64,000 bases of DNA from Bacteroidota bacterium (GCA_020436225.1 JAGQYE010000086.1:4410-68409), one strand, 5' to 3'; shown: positions 18,289 to 29,172, counted from the stretch's first letter. Numbers and translations: made by a program. The notes: a model not told the origin generated them from the sequence alone.

Positions 18289-19221
18289 TTAATGAGCAAA
18301 TTCTGCTAAATATCTTTCGGCATCTAAAGCTGCCATACAGCCTGTTCCTGCTGAAGTAACAGCCTGTCTATAAATTTTATCTTGCACATCACCGGCAGCA
18401 AAAACGCCGGGAACTTTCGTTTTTGTTGAACCTGATTGAGTAATAATATAACCGGCTTCATCTAAATCTAACCAATCCTTAAAAATGTCGGAATTGGGTT
18501 TATGACCAATTGCTACAAAGAAACCTTCTACTTTTATATCTTTAGTTTCATTCGTTTCTTTATTTTTTACTCTAACCGCTTCCACTTTATTTTCGCCCAC
18601 AACTTCTTCCGTTTCGCTGTTCCAATACACTATGATATTTTCTTTAGCGATAACTCTATCTTGCATAATTTTAGATGCACGCATTTCACTTCTTCGAACA
18701 ATCATATGCACTGTCGGGCAAAGATTGGATAAATATAAAGCTTCTTCACAAGCCGTATCGCCAGCACCAACAATGGCAACTTCTTTTCCTTTAAATAAAA
18801 AACCATCGCAAACGGCACAAGCTGAAACACCACTTCCGTTCAAATGTTGCTCTGACGGAAGTCCGAGCCATTTTGCTTTTGCACCTGTTGCAATAATTAC
18901 AGTTTTTGCATGTATTTCTGTTTCTTCATCTATCCATAATTTATGAATATTTCCTGAAAAATCAACTTTAGTAACCACACCAAAACGAACATCTGTGCCA
19001 ACACGTTCTGCTTGTTTTTGGAAATCATCCATCATTTTCGGTCCCGTAATTGCGTCCGGATAGCCTGGATAATTTTCTACGTCTGTAGTGGTCATCAGCT
19101 GTCCGCCGGGCTCGATGCCGGTATATAAAACAGGTTTTAAATTTGCACGTGCAGCATAAATGGCAGCAGTATAACCGGCAGGACCGGCTCCAATAATCAA
19201 GCAATTTACGAGTTCAGTCAT
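18289..19221 (-). CDS. trxB: thioredoxin-disulfide reductase
   Basis: GAGPAGYTAAIYAARA FAD site, CAVCDG redox centre, GAGDTACEEA NADPH site. Confidence 0.95.
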   Translation of the reverse strand: MTELVNCLIIGAGPAGYTAAIYAARANLKPVLYTGIEPGGQLMTTTDVENYPGYPDAITGPKMMDDFQKQAERVGTDVRFGVVTKVDFSGNIHKLWIDEETEIHAKTVIIATGAKAKWLGLPSEQHLNGSGVSACAVCDGFLFKGKEVAIVGAGDTACEEALYLSNLCPTVHMIVRRSEMRASKIMQDRVIAKENIIVYWNSETEEVVGENKVEAVRVKNKETNETKDIKVEGFFVAIGHKPNSDIFKDWLDLDEAGYIITQSGSTKTKVPGVFAAGDVQDKIYRQAVTSAGTGCMAALDAERYLAEFAH

Positions 19222-19290
19222 TTCTATTTTTTTATTTTATTGTTTGAACGAATATACTATAAACCAGCAACATTTTTATTTCGTTTAGGT

Positions 19291-19884
19291 TTACTCAGAT
19301 AGTATTAATAGTTTATTATGTATTTCTAAAACTTGGATAATCAAAGGCTCAGATAAATCATTATGAATTACAAAATCAGCTTTTTCTATTTTAATTTCTT
19401 CCGGTAATTGTTTGTCTATTCTTGCCAATACTTCTTCCCTACTAATGTTATCGCGTTTTATTATTCGTGAAATTCTTTCTTCTATTGGTGCAAAGACGGT
19501 AATAATTTTATCTAATAATTTATAGCTACCGCTTTCAAACATGATAGCTGTTTCATAAATAGTATAAGGTTTATCTTGATGTTGTTGATACCATTTTGCC
19601 GTATCATCAAACACAGCAGGATGTACAACTGCATTTAATTGTTGTAATAATTGTTTATCTTGAAATACTTTAGATGCTAAATAAGGTCGATTTAGTTTTC
19701 CATTCTCAAAATAAACATCTTCTCCAAAAATTTCTTTTAACGATTGAATGATAGTTGGGTTAGTAACCATTAATTCTTTCGCTCTTTCGTCAGCATAATA
19801 AATGGGAATTCCTAATGTAGAGAAAATCTTACAAACTGTAGTTTTGCCACTGCCAATTCCACCGGTTATACCAACTTTCAACAT
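19291..19884 (-). CDS. coaE: dephospho-CoA kinase
   Basis: GITGGIGSGKTT P-loop; 197 aa. Confidence 0.9.
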   Translation of the reverse strand: MLKVGITGGIGSGKTTVCKIFSTLGIPIYYADERAKELMVTNPTIIQSLKEIFGEDVYFENGKLNRPYLASKVFQDKQLLQQLNAVVHPAVFDDTAKWYQQHQDKPYTIYETAIMFESGSYKLLDKIITVFAPIEERISRIIKRDNISREEVLARIDKQLPEEIKIEKADFVIHNDLSEPLIIQVLEIHNKLLILSE

Positions 19885-19921
19885 CTATTGAAGGGTTGCT
19901 GCAAAATAAAATAAAGCAAGA

Positions 19922-20257
19922 TTAAGATTGAGCCGGTGCAGCATTTAATGGTTTTGATAAATCAGTATTTACAGCAGATTTTTCCATTTTTAAACGCGTT
20001 GGACCATCAACTTGAACCATAAATGTTTTATCTTCATCATTCACAGATACAATTTTTCCATGAATACCTGAATTAGTTATTATTCTATCTCCAGCCTTTA
20101 ATGTATCAATATAATTTTGCGCTTCTTTCGCTTTTTTAGATTGCGGTCTGATTAAAAAGAAATAAAAAACACCAAACATTAATACCATCATAATTATGGT
20201 TGAGAAACCACTTCCCGGAGCTGATGCAGTTGATTGTAATAATACCAATAAATTCAT
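19922..20257 (-). CDS. yajC: preprotein translocase subunit YajC
   Basis: Single TM followed by LIRPQSKK...GD.I.T..GI.G.I. Start taken at the internal MNLLVLLQ (ATG 20257) rather than the track start. Confidence 0.85.
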   Translation of the reverse strand: MNLLVLLQSTASAPGSGFSTIIMMVLMFGVFYFFLIRPQSKKAKEAQNYIDTLKAGDRIITNSGIHGKIVSVNDEDKTFMVQVDGPTRLKMEKSAVNTDLSKPLNAAPAQS

Positions 20258-20400
20258 CTTACTATATTTTTTTGCAAAATTACTATTTTTTTTACTCGAC
20301 TTCAGCATTTATCCATAAAACAAATTATTCCATCTAATTGTATAACTTTAAAGTTACATTGCGTTCATATTTTTATTAAAAGATACTAAATTTTCAAATT

Positions 20401-21921
20401 ATGGATTTTCTAAAAAATCTTTCAATCTCTTCTAAAAATCAGGGTTCTTCAACCGGATTTGAATGGTTTACTACTTCTGCATTATTGACTTCTATTTCAC
20501 CTGTTGATGGTCAACGAATAGCAGATGTCCAAATTACAGACAAACAAAATTATGAGCAAATTATTACAAAAGCTTCTGAGGCGTTTTTAGTATGGAGAAA
20601 AATTCCGGCTCCAAAACGCGGAGATATCATTCGTCAAATGGGAAATGCATTTAGAACGAAAAAAGAGGATTTAGGAAAATTAGTTTCTTGGGAAATGGGA
20701 AAAAGTTTACAAGAAGGAATGGGCGAAATTCAAGAAATTATAGATGTCTGCGATTTTGCAGTCGGTTTATCACGGCAATTGTATGGGTTAACCATGCATT
20801 CCGAACGACCAAATCACCGAATGTATGAACAGTGGCATCCATTAGGGATTGTTGGCATTATTACAGCATTTAACTTTCCGGCTGCCGTTTGGGGTTGGAA
20901 TGCTGCTTTAGCATTAGTTTGTGGAAATGTTTGTGTTTGGAAAGGTTCTGAGAAAACTCCATTAACAGCTATTGCCTGTCAAAAAATAATTGGAGAAGTT
21001 ATTAAATACAACAAACTTCCTGAAGGAATTTCATGTTTAATTTCCGGAGATAAAGAAGTTGGATATTGGATAACACAAGATACTCGAATTCCTTTAGTGT
21101 CTGCAACCGGTTCTACCCGAATGGGAAAAGAAATCGGGAAAGTCGTAGCCGCAAGACTAGGTAGAAGTTTGTTAGAATTAGGTGGCAATAATGCCATTAT
21201 AGTAACACCTTCCGCCGACCTAAAATTGGCTGTTATAGGTGCTGTTTTTGGAGCAACCGGAACTACAGGACAACGTTGTACTACTACTAGAAGAATTATC
21301 GTACATCAATCTATTTATGAGCAATTTAAGAAAGATTTAATTAATTCCTATCAACAACTTGTAGTGGGAAATCCATTAGAAAATGGCGTACATGTAGGAC
21401 CACTTATTGATAATCAGGCAGTTAATTTATATAAAGATGCCTTAATTCAAATAAAAAAGGAAAAAGGAATATTTATAGTAGAAGGTGAAGTATTATCAAT
21501 AAAAAATTATGAATCAGGATTTTATGTTAAACCTTGTATTGTCGAAGCACATCGAGGAATGAAAATTACACAAACAGAAACATTTGTACCAATTTTATAC
21601 CTTTTAAAATATGATCATTTAGAAGAAGCTATTGAAATTCAGAATTCAGTTCCACAAGGTCTATCATCAGCCATTATGACAACCAACATGAAAGAGATGG
21701 AGTTATTTCTTTCCGTTGCTGGCTCAGATTGTGGTATAGCCAACGTTAATATGGGCACATCCGGAGCCGAAATTGGTGGTGCTTTTGGTGGAGAAAAAGA
21801 AACCGGCGGCGGCAGAGAATCCGGTTCTGATGCTTGGAAAGCCTATATGAGAAGACAAACTTGTTCCATTAATTTCGGGAATGATATGCCACTGGCACAA
21901 GGAATTAAGTTTGATTTGTAA
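20401..21921 (+). CDS. aldehyde dehydrogenase, ALDH7 / piperideine-6-carboxylate (aminoadipate-semialdehyde) dehydrogenase-like
   Basis: ELGGNNA and GQRCTTTRR (catalytic Cys). WEMGK..QEGMGEIQEIIDVCDFAVGLSR is typical of the ALDH7 subgroup. Confidence 0.8.
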   Translation: MDFLKNLSISSKNQGSSTGFEWFTTSALLTSISPVDGQRIADVQITDKQNYEQIITKASEAFLVWRKIPAPKRGDIIRQMGNAFRTKKEDLGKLVSWEMGKSLQEGMGEIQEIIDVCDFAVGLSRQLYGLTMHSERPNHRMYEQWHPLGIVGIITAFNFPAAVWGWNAALALVCGNVCVWKGSEKTPLTAIACQKIIGEVIKYNKLPEGISCLISGDKEVGYWITQDTRIPLVSATGSTRMGKEIGKVVAARLGRSLLELGGNNAIIVTPSADLKLAVIGAVFGATGTTGQRCTTTRRIIVHQSIYEQFKKDLINSYQQLVVGNPLENGVHVGPLIDNQAVNLYKDALIQIKKEKGIFIVEGEVLSIKNYESGFYVKPCIVEAHRGMKITQTETFVPILYLLKYDHLEEAIEIQNSVPQGLSSAIMTTNMKEMELFLSVAGSDCGIANVNMGTSGAEIGGAFGGEKETGGGRESGSDAWKAYMRRQTCSINFGNDMPLAQGIKFDL

Positions 21922-21964
21922 TTTTTTTAATCTTCTATATATTGATTTTCATAGCAATAATAAT

Positions 21965-21995
21965 TTTGTAATAACATAGAAATTCTGTACCTTTG
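21965..21995 (+). promoter_or_regulatory. Bacteroidota-type promoter for rpsO (TTTG -33 box, TAnnTTTG -7 box)
   Basis: TTTG at 21965-21968 and TACCTTTG at 21988-21995, with a 19-nt spacer, 40 nt upstream of the rpsO ATG. Confidence 0.5.
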
Positions 21996-22035
21996 CAAAT
22001 CAAAAAATTAGTTAGAAAAATTAAGACGAAAAAAG

Positions 22036-22299
22036 ATGACAACAACACAAAAACAAGACATTTTTAAGGAATTTGGTGGAGTAGCTACAAACACAGGTTC
22101 TGTAGAATCACAAGTAGCCATGATTTCTCATAGAATTACCCACATTTCTAATCACTTAAAAACAAACAGAAAAGACTTCTCTTCTACTCGTTCTTTATAT
22201 AAATTAGTTGGTCAAAGAAAACAATTGTTGAAATATTTGGCTCACAAAGATATATTAAGATATAGAGCGCTTATCGAAAAACTCGGATTGCGTAAGTAA
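22036..22299 (+). CDS. rpsO: 30S ribosomal protein S15
   Basis: 87 aa; HLKTNRKDFSSTRSLYKLVGQRKQLLKYL. Confidence 0.95.
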   Translation: MTTTQKQDIFKEFGGVATNTGSVESQVAMISHRITHISNHLKTNRKDFSSTRSLYKLVGQRKQLLKYLAHKDILRYRALIEKLGLRK

Positions 22300-22316
22300 T
22301 TCTGACCTTAAACTTA

Positions 22317-22343
22317 GCGAGGCAATAGCCTCGCTTTTCTTTT
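22317..22343 (+). terminator. rho-independent terminator/attenuator between rpsO and pnp
   Basis: GCGAGGC-AATA-GCCTCGC followed by TTTTCTTTT. Confidence 0.75.
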
Positions 22344-22364
22344 AATACCTAAACATATATTATA

Positions 22365-24485
22365 ATGCAATTTAACATACATACGCAAACTGTAGATATT
22401 GGAAATGGCAGAACCGCAACTATCGAAACTGGAAAATTAGCTCGTCAAGCTGACGGTTCAGTTGTCGTTCGTGTAGGCAACTGCATGATTTTGGCAACCG
22501 CTGTTGCTTCAGAAGAACCTAAAGAAGGCATTGATTTCTTTCCTTTAACTGTTGAATATCAAGAAAAATTTGCAGCTGCAGGAAGAATTCCTGGAAGCTT
22601 TCATCGTAGAGAAGGAAGAGCTAGTGATTACGAAATTTTGATTTGCCGAATTGTAGATAGAGCCATTCGTCCAATGTTTGCAGATAATTTTGTAAACGAT
22701 ACTCAAGTTTTATTATACTTAATTTCTGCCGATGAAAACGTAGAACCGGATTCTTTAGTTGGTTTGGCTGCTTCAGCTGCATTAAGTATTTCTTCTATTC
22801 CTTTCGAAGGTCCGATTTCTGAAGTTAGAGTTACTAAAATTGGCGAACAATTCGTAGTAAACCCAACTCCAAAAGAAGCAGAATCAGCAACATTAAATAT
22901 CATTTTGGCTGGAACAATAGATAATATCTTAATGGTAGAAGGCGAAGCACAAGAAGCCAGCGAAGCAGATTTAGTAAATGCTATTAAAGCAGGACACGAA
23001 ATCATTATTAAACAATGCCAAGCACAAATTGAATTACAACAAAAATGTGGCAAGGCAAAAGTTGAAGTGCCAACACCTGAAGAAGATGAAACATTAAAAC
23101 AAAAAGTAAAAGACTTTGCAGAAGCAAGAATTCAAGCAATTGCTAAATCAGCTACCGGAAAACACGAACGTAAAGCTGCATTTAAACAAATAAAAGAAGA
23201 TTTCTTAGCTACTATTTCGGAAGAAGAATTAGAAACATTCAATAAAACTTTGTTCAGTAAATACTATTCTAAACTAGAAAAAACTACCATTCGAAATGTA
23301 GTATTGACTGATAAAATACGATTGGATGGTCGTAAAACAGATGAAATTCGTCCGTTAAATATGGAAGTTGATGTATTACCAACTCCACATGGTTCTGCAT
23401 TATTTACTCGTGGTGAAACCCAATCTCTAACAACTGTTACGTTGGGTTCTAAAACTAGCGAACAAATGATAGATAAGGCGGAAGAACTAACGTATAATAA
23501 ATTTATTCTACACTATAATTTCCCTCCATTTTCAACAGGTGAAGTTAAAATGTTGCGCGGAACTTCTCGTAGAGAAGTTGGTCACGGAAATTTGGCGATG
23601 CGTTCATTAAAACAAATTATGCCAAAAGATGATGAAAATCCATATACAGTTCGTGTTGTTTCTGATATTTTAGAATCGAATGGTTCTTCTTCTATGGCAA
23701 CAGTTTGTGCCGGTTCATTAGCATTAATGGATGCCGGAATTCCTTTTAAGAAACACGTTTCCGGTATTGCAATGGGCATGATTTCTGAAGAAGGCAAATA
23801 TGCAATTCTATCTGATATTTTAGGTGATGAAGATCATTTAGGTGATATGGATTTTAAAGTAACCGGAACCAAAGATGGTATTTGCGGTGTTCAAATGGAC
23901 TTAAAAATCGACGGACTTTCTTATGAAGTGTTGGCGGAAGCATTAGAGCAAGCTCGCAAAGGACGTTTACATATTTTATCTGCGATGGAAGCATGTATTC
24001 CTGCTTATCGTCCGGATTTAAAACCTCAAACACCAAGAGCTGAAAGTATTAATATACCAAAAGAATTAATTGGAGCAGTAATCGGACCTGGTGGTAAAAT
24101 TATTCAAGATATTCAAGAAAAAACCAATACAGAAATAACGATAGAAGAAGTAAAAGAGAAAGGCATTGGCATCGTAACGGTTTTATCCAACAATAAAGAA
24201 AATATGTTGGCTGCTTGGAAACGCATTAAAGCCATAGTTGCCGTTCCGGAAGTCGGTCAGGTTTATGAAGCGGAAGTAAAATCTATAATGCCTTATGGCG
24301 CATTTGTAGAATTTATGCCGGGCAAACAAGGTTTGCTACACATTTCAGAAATTGACCATAAACGTTTGGAAAATATGGATGGAATTTTCAAAGAAGGTGA
24401 TACTGTTTCCGTTAAATTAGTAGAAATTGATAACAAAACCGGTAAATTCAAATTGAGCAGAAAGGCAATTCTTCCTAAAGAATAA
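22365..24485 (+). CDS. pnp: polyribonucleotide nucleotidyltransferase (PNPase)
   Basis: 706 aa with two RNase PH-like halves, a KH domain ([10 protein letters not shown]) and a C-terminal S1 domain ([20 protein letters not shown]). Confidence 0.97.
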   Translation: MQFNIHTQTVDIGNGRTATIETGKLARQADGSVVVRVGNCMILATAVASEEPKEGIDFFPLTVEYQEKFAAAGRIPGSFHRREGRASDYEILICRIVDRAIRPMFADNFVNDTQVLLYLISADENVEPDSLVGLAASAALSISSIPFEGPISEVRVTKIGEQFVVNPTPKEAESATLNIILAGTIDNILMVEGEAQEASEADLVNAIKAGHEIIIKQCQAQIELQQKCGKAKVEVPTPEEDETLKQKVKDFAEARIQAIAKSATGKHERKAAFKQIKEDFLATISEEELETFNKTLFSKYYSKLEKTTIRNVVLTDKIRLDGRKTDEIRPLNMEVDVLPTPHGSALFTRGETQSLTTVTLGSKTSEQMIDKAEELTYNKFILHYNFPPFSTGEVKMLRGTSRREVGHGNLAMRSLKQIMPKDDENPYTVRVVSDILESNGSSSMATVCAGSLALMDAGIPFKKHVSGIAMGMISEEGKYAILSDILGDEDHLGDMDFKVTGTKDGICGVQMDLKIDGLSYEVLAEALEQARKGRLHILSAMEACIPAYRPDLKPQTPRAESINIPKELIGAVIGPGGKIIQDIQEKTNTEITIEEVKEKGIGIVTVLSNNKENMLAAWKRIKAIVAVPEVGQVYEAEVKSIMPYGAFVEFMPGKQGLLHISEIDHKRLENMDGIFKEGDTVSVKLVEIDNKTGKFKLSRKAILPKE

Positions 24486-24510
24486 AAGAATAAGAATGTC
24501 ACATTTTTAT

Positions 24511-24539
24511 AAAGTCGGCTTTATTGCCGACTTTTTTTA
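24511..24539 (+). terminator. rho-independent terminator after pnp
   Basis: AAAGTCGGC-TTTATT-GCCGACTTT followed by a T-run. Confidence 0.75.
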
Positions 24540-24835
24540 TTTCTACCTTAGAGTATAAATTAGATTGTTTTTTTGTAACATTTTTTTAACAATTACGTAT
24601 ATACTAATGAACTATAATGTGCTTATGATATTTTTTACATTAAAATCTCTTCGATTTTTATTTAAAGGTGATGTTGATGCTTGTATTTTTCGAGTATTAA
24701 TCAATGTATTTAAATCAAATTTCGTTTTATCAAATCAGAAGCAAATCTTAGTTTTTTCTCAGAATTATAGAATTCTGAATAGTGATCTTGTAAGAAAAAT
24801 AAATAAACATTCTAAAATATAAATTCTAAAGACAC

Positions 24836-25702
24836 ATGAAACAACTAAAAATTACAACTAAGATTACTTCAAGAGACAGCTACTCGATTGATAAGTATTT
24901 AACGGAAATATCTAAACTGCCAATGCTTTCGGAAGAAGAAGAAGTAGAAGTAGCAAAAAAAATCCGCAATGGCGATACAGCTGCTATGGAAAAATTAATA
25001 AATGCGAATTTGCGATTCGTAGTTTCTGTAGCTAAACAATATCAAAACCAAGGTTTGTCGCTCAATGATTTAATTAATGAAGGAAATGTTGGTTTAATAA
25101 AAGCAGCAACTAAATTCGATGAAACAAAAGGATTTAAGTTTATTTCTTATGCAGTTTGGTGGATTCGTCAATCTATTTTGCAAGCATTGATAGAACAACC
25201 TCGTGTTGTTCGATTGCCGATGAACAAAGCAACCATTTATAATAAAATTCAACGCACCATTGTAGAATTTGAACAAAATAATCAACGTGAGCCTTCAAAC
25301 GAAGAATTAGCTGAATTGTTGGAGATGAAAGCTGATGAATTAGCAATACTTAGGGCAACACTTACTTTTCATTTGTCAATAGATACACCAATTGGCGATG
25401 ATGATGAAACCACCAGTTTAGATTTAATGAGTGATACTTCTATTGCCACACCAGACAGCGTTTTGATTGATGAATCTCTACACGACGAATTGGAACATGC
25501 ATTAGAATCGTTAACTGAAAGAGAAGCAGAAATTGTTCGTTTTTATTTTGGTATTAATGAATTTAATCAATCCTATAGCTTAGATGAAATTGGTGTAAAA
25601 ATGAACTTAACGCGCGAGCGTGTTCGACAAGTAAAAGATAAAGCCATTCGTAAAATGCGCCGATTTGCCATCACCAAAGAACTAAAATCTTATTTGAATT
25701 AA
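24836..25702 (+). CDS. rpoD: primary RNA polymerase sigma factor (Bacteroidota sigma-A)
   Basis: 288 aa; NLRFVVSVAKQYQNQGLSLNDLINEGNVGLIKAATKFD, YAVWWIRQ, region 4 LTRERVRQVKDKAIRK. Confidence 0.93.
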   Translation: MKQLKITTKITSRDSYSIDKYLTEISKLPMLSEEEEVEVAKKIRNGDTAAMEKLINANLRFVVSVAKQYQNQGLSLNDLINEGNVGLIKAATKFDETKGFKFISYAVWWIRQSILQALIEQPRVVRLPMNKATIYNKIQRTIVEFEQNNQREPSNEELAELLEMKADELAILRATLTFHLSIDTPIGDDDETTSLDLMSDTSIATPDSVLIDESLHDELEHALESLTEREAEIVRFYFGINEFNQSYSLDEIGVKMNLTRERVRQVKDKAIRKMRRFAITKELKSYLN

Positions 25703-25783
25703 GAAAATTCATTAAAAATGATCAACTATATTTCAGGGATGAGCAAGAAAATGTAGTAATGAAATAATATAGTGTTGGGTGAT

Positions 25784-25900
25784 AGACTATGGACTATGGA
25801 CTTTCAGCATTTTTATCTTACTACTCAATACTTAATACCTGATACTCGACTAATAACTAATAACTAATAACTATTCACTAATCACTATAATTACTATTCG
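25784..25900. repeat. heptanucleotide-periodic tandem repeats
   Basis: (A/G)GACTAT x2.5 at 25784-25804. TAATAAC x3 perfect at 25851-25871, flanked by degenerate 7-mers (TACTCAA TACTTAA TACCTGA ... TATTCAC TAATCAC). Confidence 0.6.
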
Positions 25901-25911
25901 TTCAATATTTC

Positions 25912-25919
25912 TATCTTTG
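25912..25919 (+). promoter_or_regulatory. TAnnTTTG -7 box for rpe
   Basis: TATCTTTG ends 5 nt before the rpe ATG (25925). Confidence 0.45.
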
Positions 25920-25924
25920 TAGAA

Positions 25925-26578
25925 ATGAAAACACCCATCATTGCACCTTCCGTTTTGTCAGCAAATTTTGCCAACCTGCAAGCTGATTTCGAAATGCTCA
26001 ACAATAGCGTTGCCGACTACATACATATCGATGTGATGGATGGCGTTTTTGTTCCGAATATTTCTTTTGGCTTACCTGTCATAAAAGCGATGCGCAAACT
26101 CAGCACTAAAACATTTGATGTGCATTTAATGATTGTAGAACCGGACAAATATATCGAAGCGTTTAAAGATGCCGGAGCCGATATTCTTTCCGTTCATATT
26201 GAAGCATGCACACATTTACATCGCTCCGTTCAAAAGATAAAAAGCGTTGGAATGAAAGCCGGCGTTGCTATCAATCCGCATACATCTATTTCTTTATTAG
26301 AAGATATTATTGCAGATATTGATATTGTTTGCGTGATGAGTGTAAATCCGGGTTTTGGCGGTCAATCTTTTATAGAAAATACTTATGAAAAAATTCTTCG
26401 TTTAAAAAATTTGATAGAACGAAAAAACTCGAATGCGTTAATAGAAATTGATGGCGGCGTTACACTACAAAATGCTAAAAAATTAATCGACCATCATGCT
26501 GATGTATTAGTTGCCGGCAATACAGTTTTCAGTTCTTCAAATCCTATCGAAACTATTCAGCAATTAAAATCTATATAA
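25925..26578 (+). CDS. rpe: ribulose-phosphate 3-epimerase
   Basis: HIDVMDGVFVPNISFG, MSVNPGFGGQ; 217 aa. Confidence 0.95.
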   Translation: MKTPIIAPSVLSANFANLQADFEMLNNSVADYIHIDVMDGVFVPNISFGLPVIKAMRKLSTKTFDVHLMIVEPDKYIEAFKDAGADILSVHIEACTHLHRSVQKIKSVGMKAGVAINPHTSISLLEDIIADIDIVCVMSVNPGFGGQSFIENTYEKILRLKNLIERKNSNALIEIDGGVTLQNAKKLIDHHADVLVAGNTVFSSSNPIETIQQLKSI

Positions 26579-26643
26579 CGTTTTAATGCTTGTTCATATT
26601 CATCAAAAAATAAAAATATAACTTCGTATCTTTCGTTTATTGT

Positions 26644-29172
26644 ATGATGAAGAGAAACATTCTTACCACACTCCTATTTTTTTTCTGCTTTACTTTATAT
26701 GCACAAATTTCTGTCGTGATTAAAGGCAAGGTTTCAGATGAAAACGGACAAGCAATTCCAAATGTTTCTATTATTCAATCAGGCACAAACAATGCTACAA
26801 TTTCCAATCAAAAAGGATATTATACTTTAGAAGTTGAATTTTCGGATTCTTGTGTTTTAGAGTTTAGAAATATTTCTTACGCAACTCAATTCTCTACTTT
26901 TTATATAACTAATAAAACAAGAATTTTTAAAGATGTAACACTTCAATTAAATGAAAATAAAATTGAAAATGTGGACATCACAGCAACTCGACAGAATGAT
27001 GCAACTTCTACTATCAAAGCCAAAGATGTAGAATATTTTCCAAGTCCGACTAATGATGTTGGAGCTGTAGTAAAAACATTAGGACAAGGCGTTCAATCTA
27101 ACAACGAACTTTCTGGACAATACAATGTGCGCGGTGGAAACTACGATGAAAATTTAGTGTATGTAAATGATTTTGAAATTTATCGTCCGTTTTTAATTTC
27201 GAGTGGACAACAAGAAGGTTTGAGTTTTACCAATTTAGATTTAACCGATAAACTATCTTTTTCCGGCGGTGGATTTGAAGCCAAATACGGCGATAAAATG
27301 TCTTCGGTTTTAGATATAAAATATAAATCGCCTACAGAATTTCATGGCTCTGTAATGGCAAGTATTTTAGGCGTAAATGCACATGTAGAAGGCGCTGCTT
27401 ATGCCAAGAAAGATTCATTTAAAACCTTGCCTAAGTTTACGTATTTGGTTGGATTGCGTTATAAATCGAATGCCTATTTGTTAGGAAGTTTAGATAAAAA
27501 AGGCGAATATATTCCCAACAATTTCGACATTCAAACAGATTTTCATTTCAAACCTTCTTTAAAACACGACATTGAGATTTTAGCCAATCATTCGTATAAT
27601 GTCTATAATTTTATTCCTGTTGAAGAAGAAACTCGAACAGGTACATTCAACCAATTGATTCGCTTTTTAGTAGATTATGAAGGCAACGAAAAAGATAAAT
27701 TTCAAAATACGATGGTTGGTGTGGCATATAAATTTTTGCCTAATACCAAATTGAGTTTAAAGTTTATGTCGTCGTTTTGGAAGATGCGCGAAAGCGAAGC
27801 ATTTAACATCACCGGATATTATTCTTTAGATGAAATCGACATCGATCCATCGAGTGATAATTTTGGAAATGTAAAAGAAAATTTAGGTATTGGTGCTTTC
27901 CAAGATTGGGCACGAAATAAATTAGATGCCATTGTTGCCAACTTTTCTCATCATGGAAAATATACTATAAACGACAAACATTTATTGGAATGGGGCGCAA
28001 CATTTCAATACGAACAAATTAAAGATGAACTTAGTGAATGGCAACGCTTGGATTCTGCCGGTTATTCTATTCCTTATTCCGGATCAAGTATTGTGTTTCC
28101 TTATCGATTAGCTTCGACAAATGAACTACAATCATTTAGAACACATGGTTATTTTCAAGATACTTGGAATAAACAATTAAAAGATTCTTCAACAATTTCT
28201 ATAGTAAGTGGCATTCGATATAATTTTTGGAATGTGAATAAAGAATTTTTGGTTAGTCCGCGAATTCAAATTTTTTATCATCCAAATTTAAAAAGTGATG
28301 TTACTTTCCGACTTACCGGCGGTATGTATGTTCAACCACCATTTTATCGTGATATTCGCCGATTTGATGGCACCATCAACAGAAACGTAAAAGCACAACA
28401 ATCTTATCATATTGTTTTAGGTGCTGATTATAATTTCAATATCAAAAAACGTCCTTTTAAATTAACGACAGAAGTTTATTATAAAAATCTCCGACATGTA
28501 AATCCTTATGAAATTGAAGATGTACGTATTCGCTATTTTGCTGATAATAATGCAAAAGGTTATGCCACAGGTGTTGATGTACGTTTGTTTGGTGAGATGA
28601 TTAAAGGCGTTGATTCTTGGATTACTTTATCTTATTTGAATACGAAGGTGGATATTTTAGATGATTATTATGTGCAATACAAAAACAAAGATGGAGTAAT
28701 TATAACGCCAAGTGTTACCGACCAAGTAGCTGTTGATTCTTCCATTGTGCATCCGGGTTATATTCGTCGCCCTACAGACCAATCTTTTTTTATGAGTTTT
28801 TATTTTCAAGATTATATCGAAAAAAATAAACGATTTAAAGTACACTTAAATTTAGTAGTTGGAACAGGTTTGCCTTTTGGTCCGCCCGACCATCAACGTT
28901 ATAAAGATGTTTTTAAAATGCCACCATACAGAAGATTGGATATTGGATTTTCTGCATTATTATTAAACGGCGAAAAACGTGGATTAAAGAAACCAAATAG
29001 TTTTGGAAGTAAATTTGAAAATATTTGGGCAAGCTTTGAAGTGTTTAATATTTTAGGCATTCGCAACACACTTTCTTATCGCTGGATAAAAGATTACCAA
29101 AATAATTTATGGGCAATTCCAAACTACTTAACTACACGAAGATTCAATGTGAAGTTGAATATTACTTGGTAG
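26644..29172 (+). CDS. TonB-dependent-receptor-like outer membrane protein with N-terminal carboxypeptidase-regulatory-like domain
   Basis: Signal peptide; GKVSDENGQAIPNVSII...GYYTLEV (CarboxypepD_reg-like); plug-like region; long beta-rich C-terminus ending ...NVKLNITW (aromatic terminus). Confidence 0.7.
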   Translation: MMKRNILTTLLFFFCFTLYAQISVVIKGKVSDENGQAIPNVSIIQSGTNNATISNQKGYYTLEVEFSDSCVLEFRNISYATQFSTFYITNKTRIFKDVTLQLNENKIENVDITATRQNDATSTIKAKDVEYFPSPTNDVGAVVKTLGQGVQSNNELSGQYNVRGGNYDENLVYVNDFEIYRPFLISSGQQEGLSFTNLDLTDKLSFSGGGFEAKYGDKMSSVLDIKYKSPTEFHGSVMASILGVNAHVEGAAYAKKDSFKTLPKFTYLVGLRYKSNAYLLGSLDKKGEYIPNNFDIQTDFHFKPSLKHDIEILANHSYNVYNFIPVEEETRTGTFNQLIRFLVDYEGNEKDKFQNTMVGVAYKFLPNTKLSLKFMSSFWKMRESEAFNITGYYSLDEIDIDPSSDNFGNVKENLGIGAFQDWARNKLDAIVANFSHHGKYTINDKHLLEWGATFQYEQIKDELSEWQRLDSAGYSIPYSGSSIVFPYRLASTNELQSFRTHGYFQDTWNKQLKDSSTISIVSGIRYNFWNVNKEFLVSPRIQIFYHPNLKSDVTFRLTGGMYVQPPFYRDIRRFDGTINRNVKAQQSYHIVLGADYNFNIKKRPFKLTTEVYYKNLRHVNPYEIEDVRIRYFADNNAKGYATGVDVRLFGEMIKGVDSWITLSYLNTKVDILDDYYVQYKNKDGVIITPSVTDQVAVDSSIVHPGYIRRPTDQSFFMSFYFQDYIEKNKRFKVHLNLVVGTGLPFGPPDHQRYKDVFKMPPYRRLDIGFSALLLNGEKRGLKKPNSFGSKFENIWASFEVFNILGIRNTLSYRWIKDYQNNLWAIPNYLTTRRFNVKLNITW

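Noticed and set aside
24565-24822. 85-aa ORF upstream of rpoD
   Set aside because: It is an AT-rich, Phe/Ile/Asn/Lys-biased translation starting at a non-ATG codon, inside what is more plausibly the long rpoD leader/promoter region. It contains only a small palindrome (TCAGAATT-ATAG-AATTCTGA, about 24760-24779).
25784-25900. Possible CRISPR or other spaced-repeat array
   Set aside because: The units are only 7 nt and contiguous without spacers, there is no leader or cas gene, and no other repeat-spacer structure was seen in the window.
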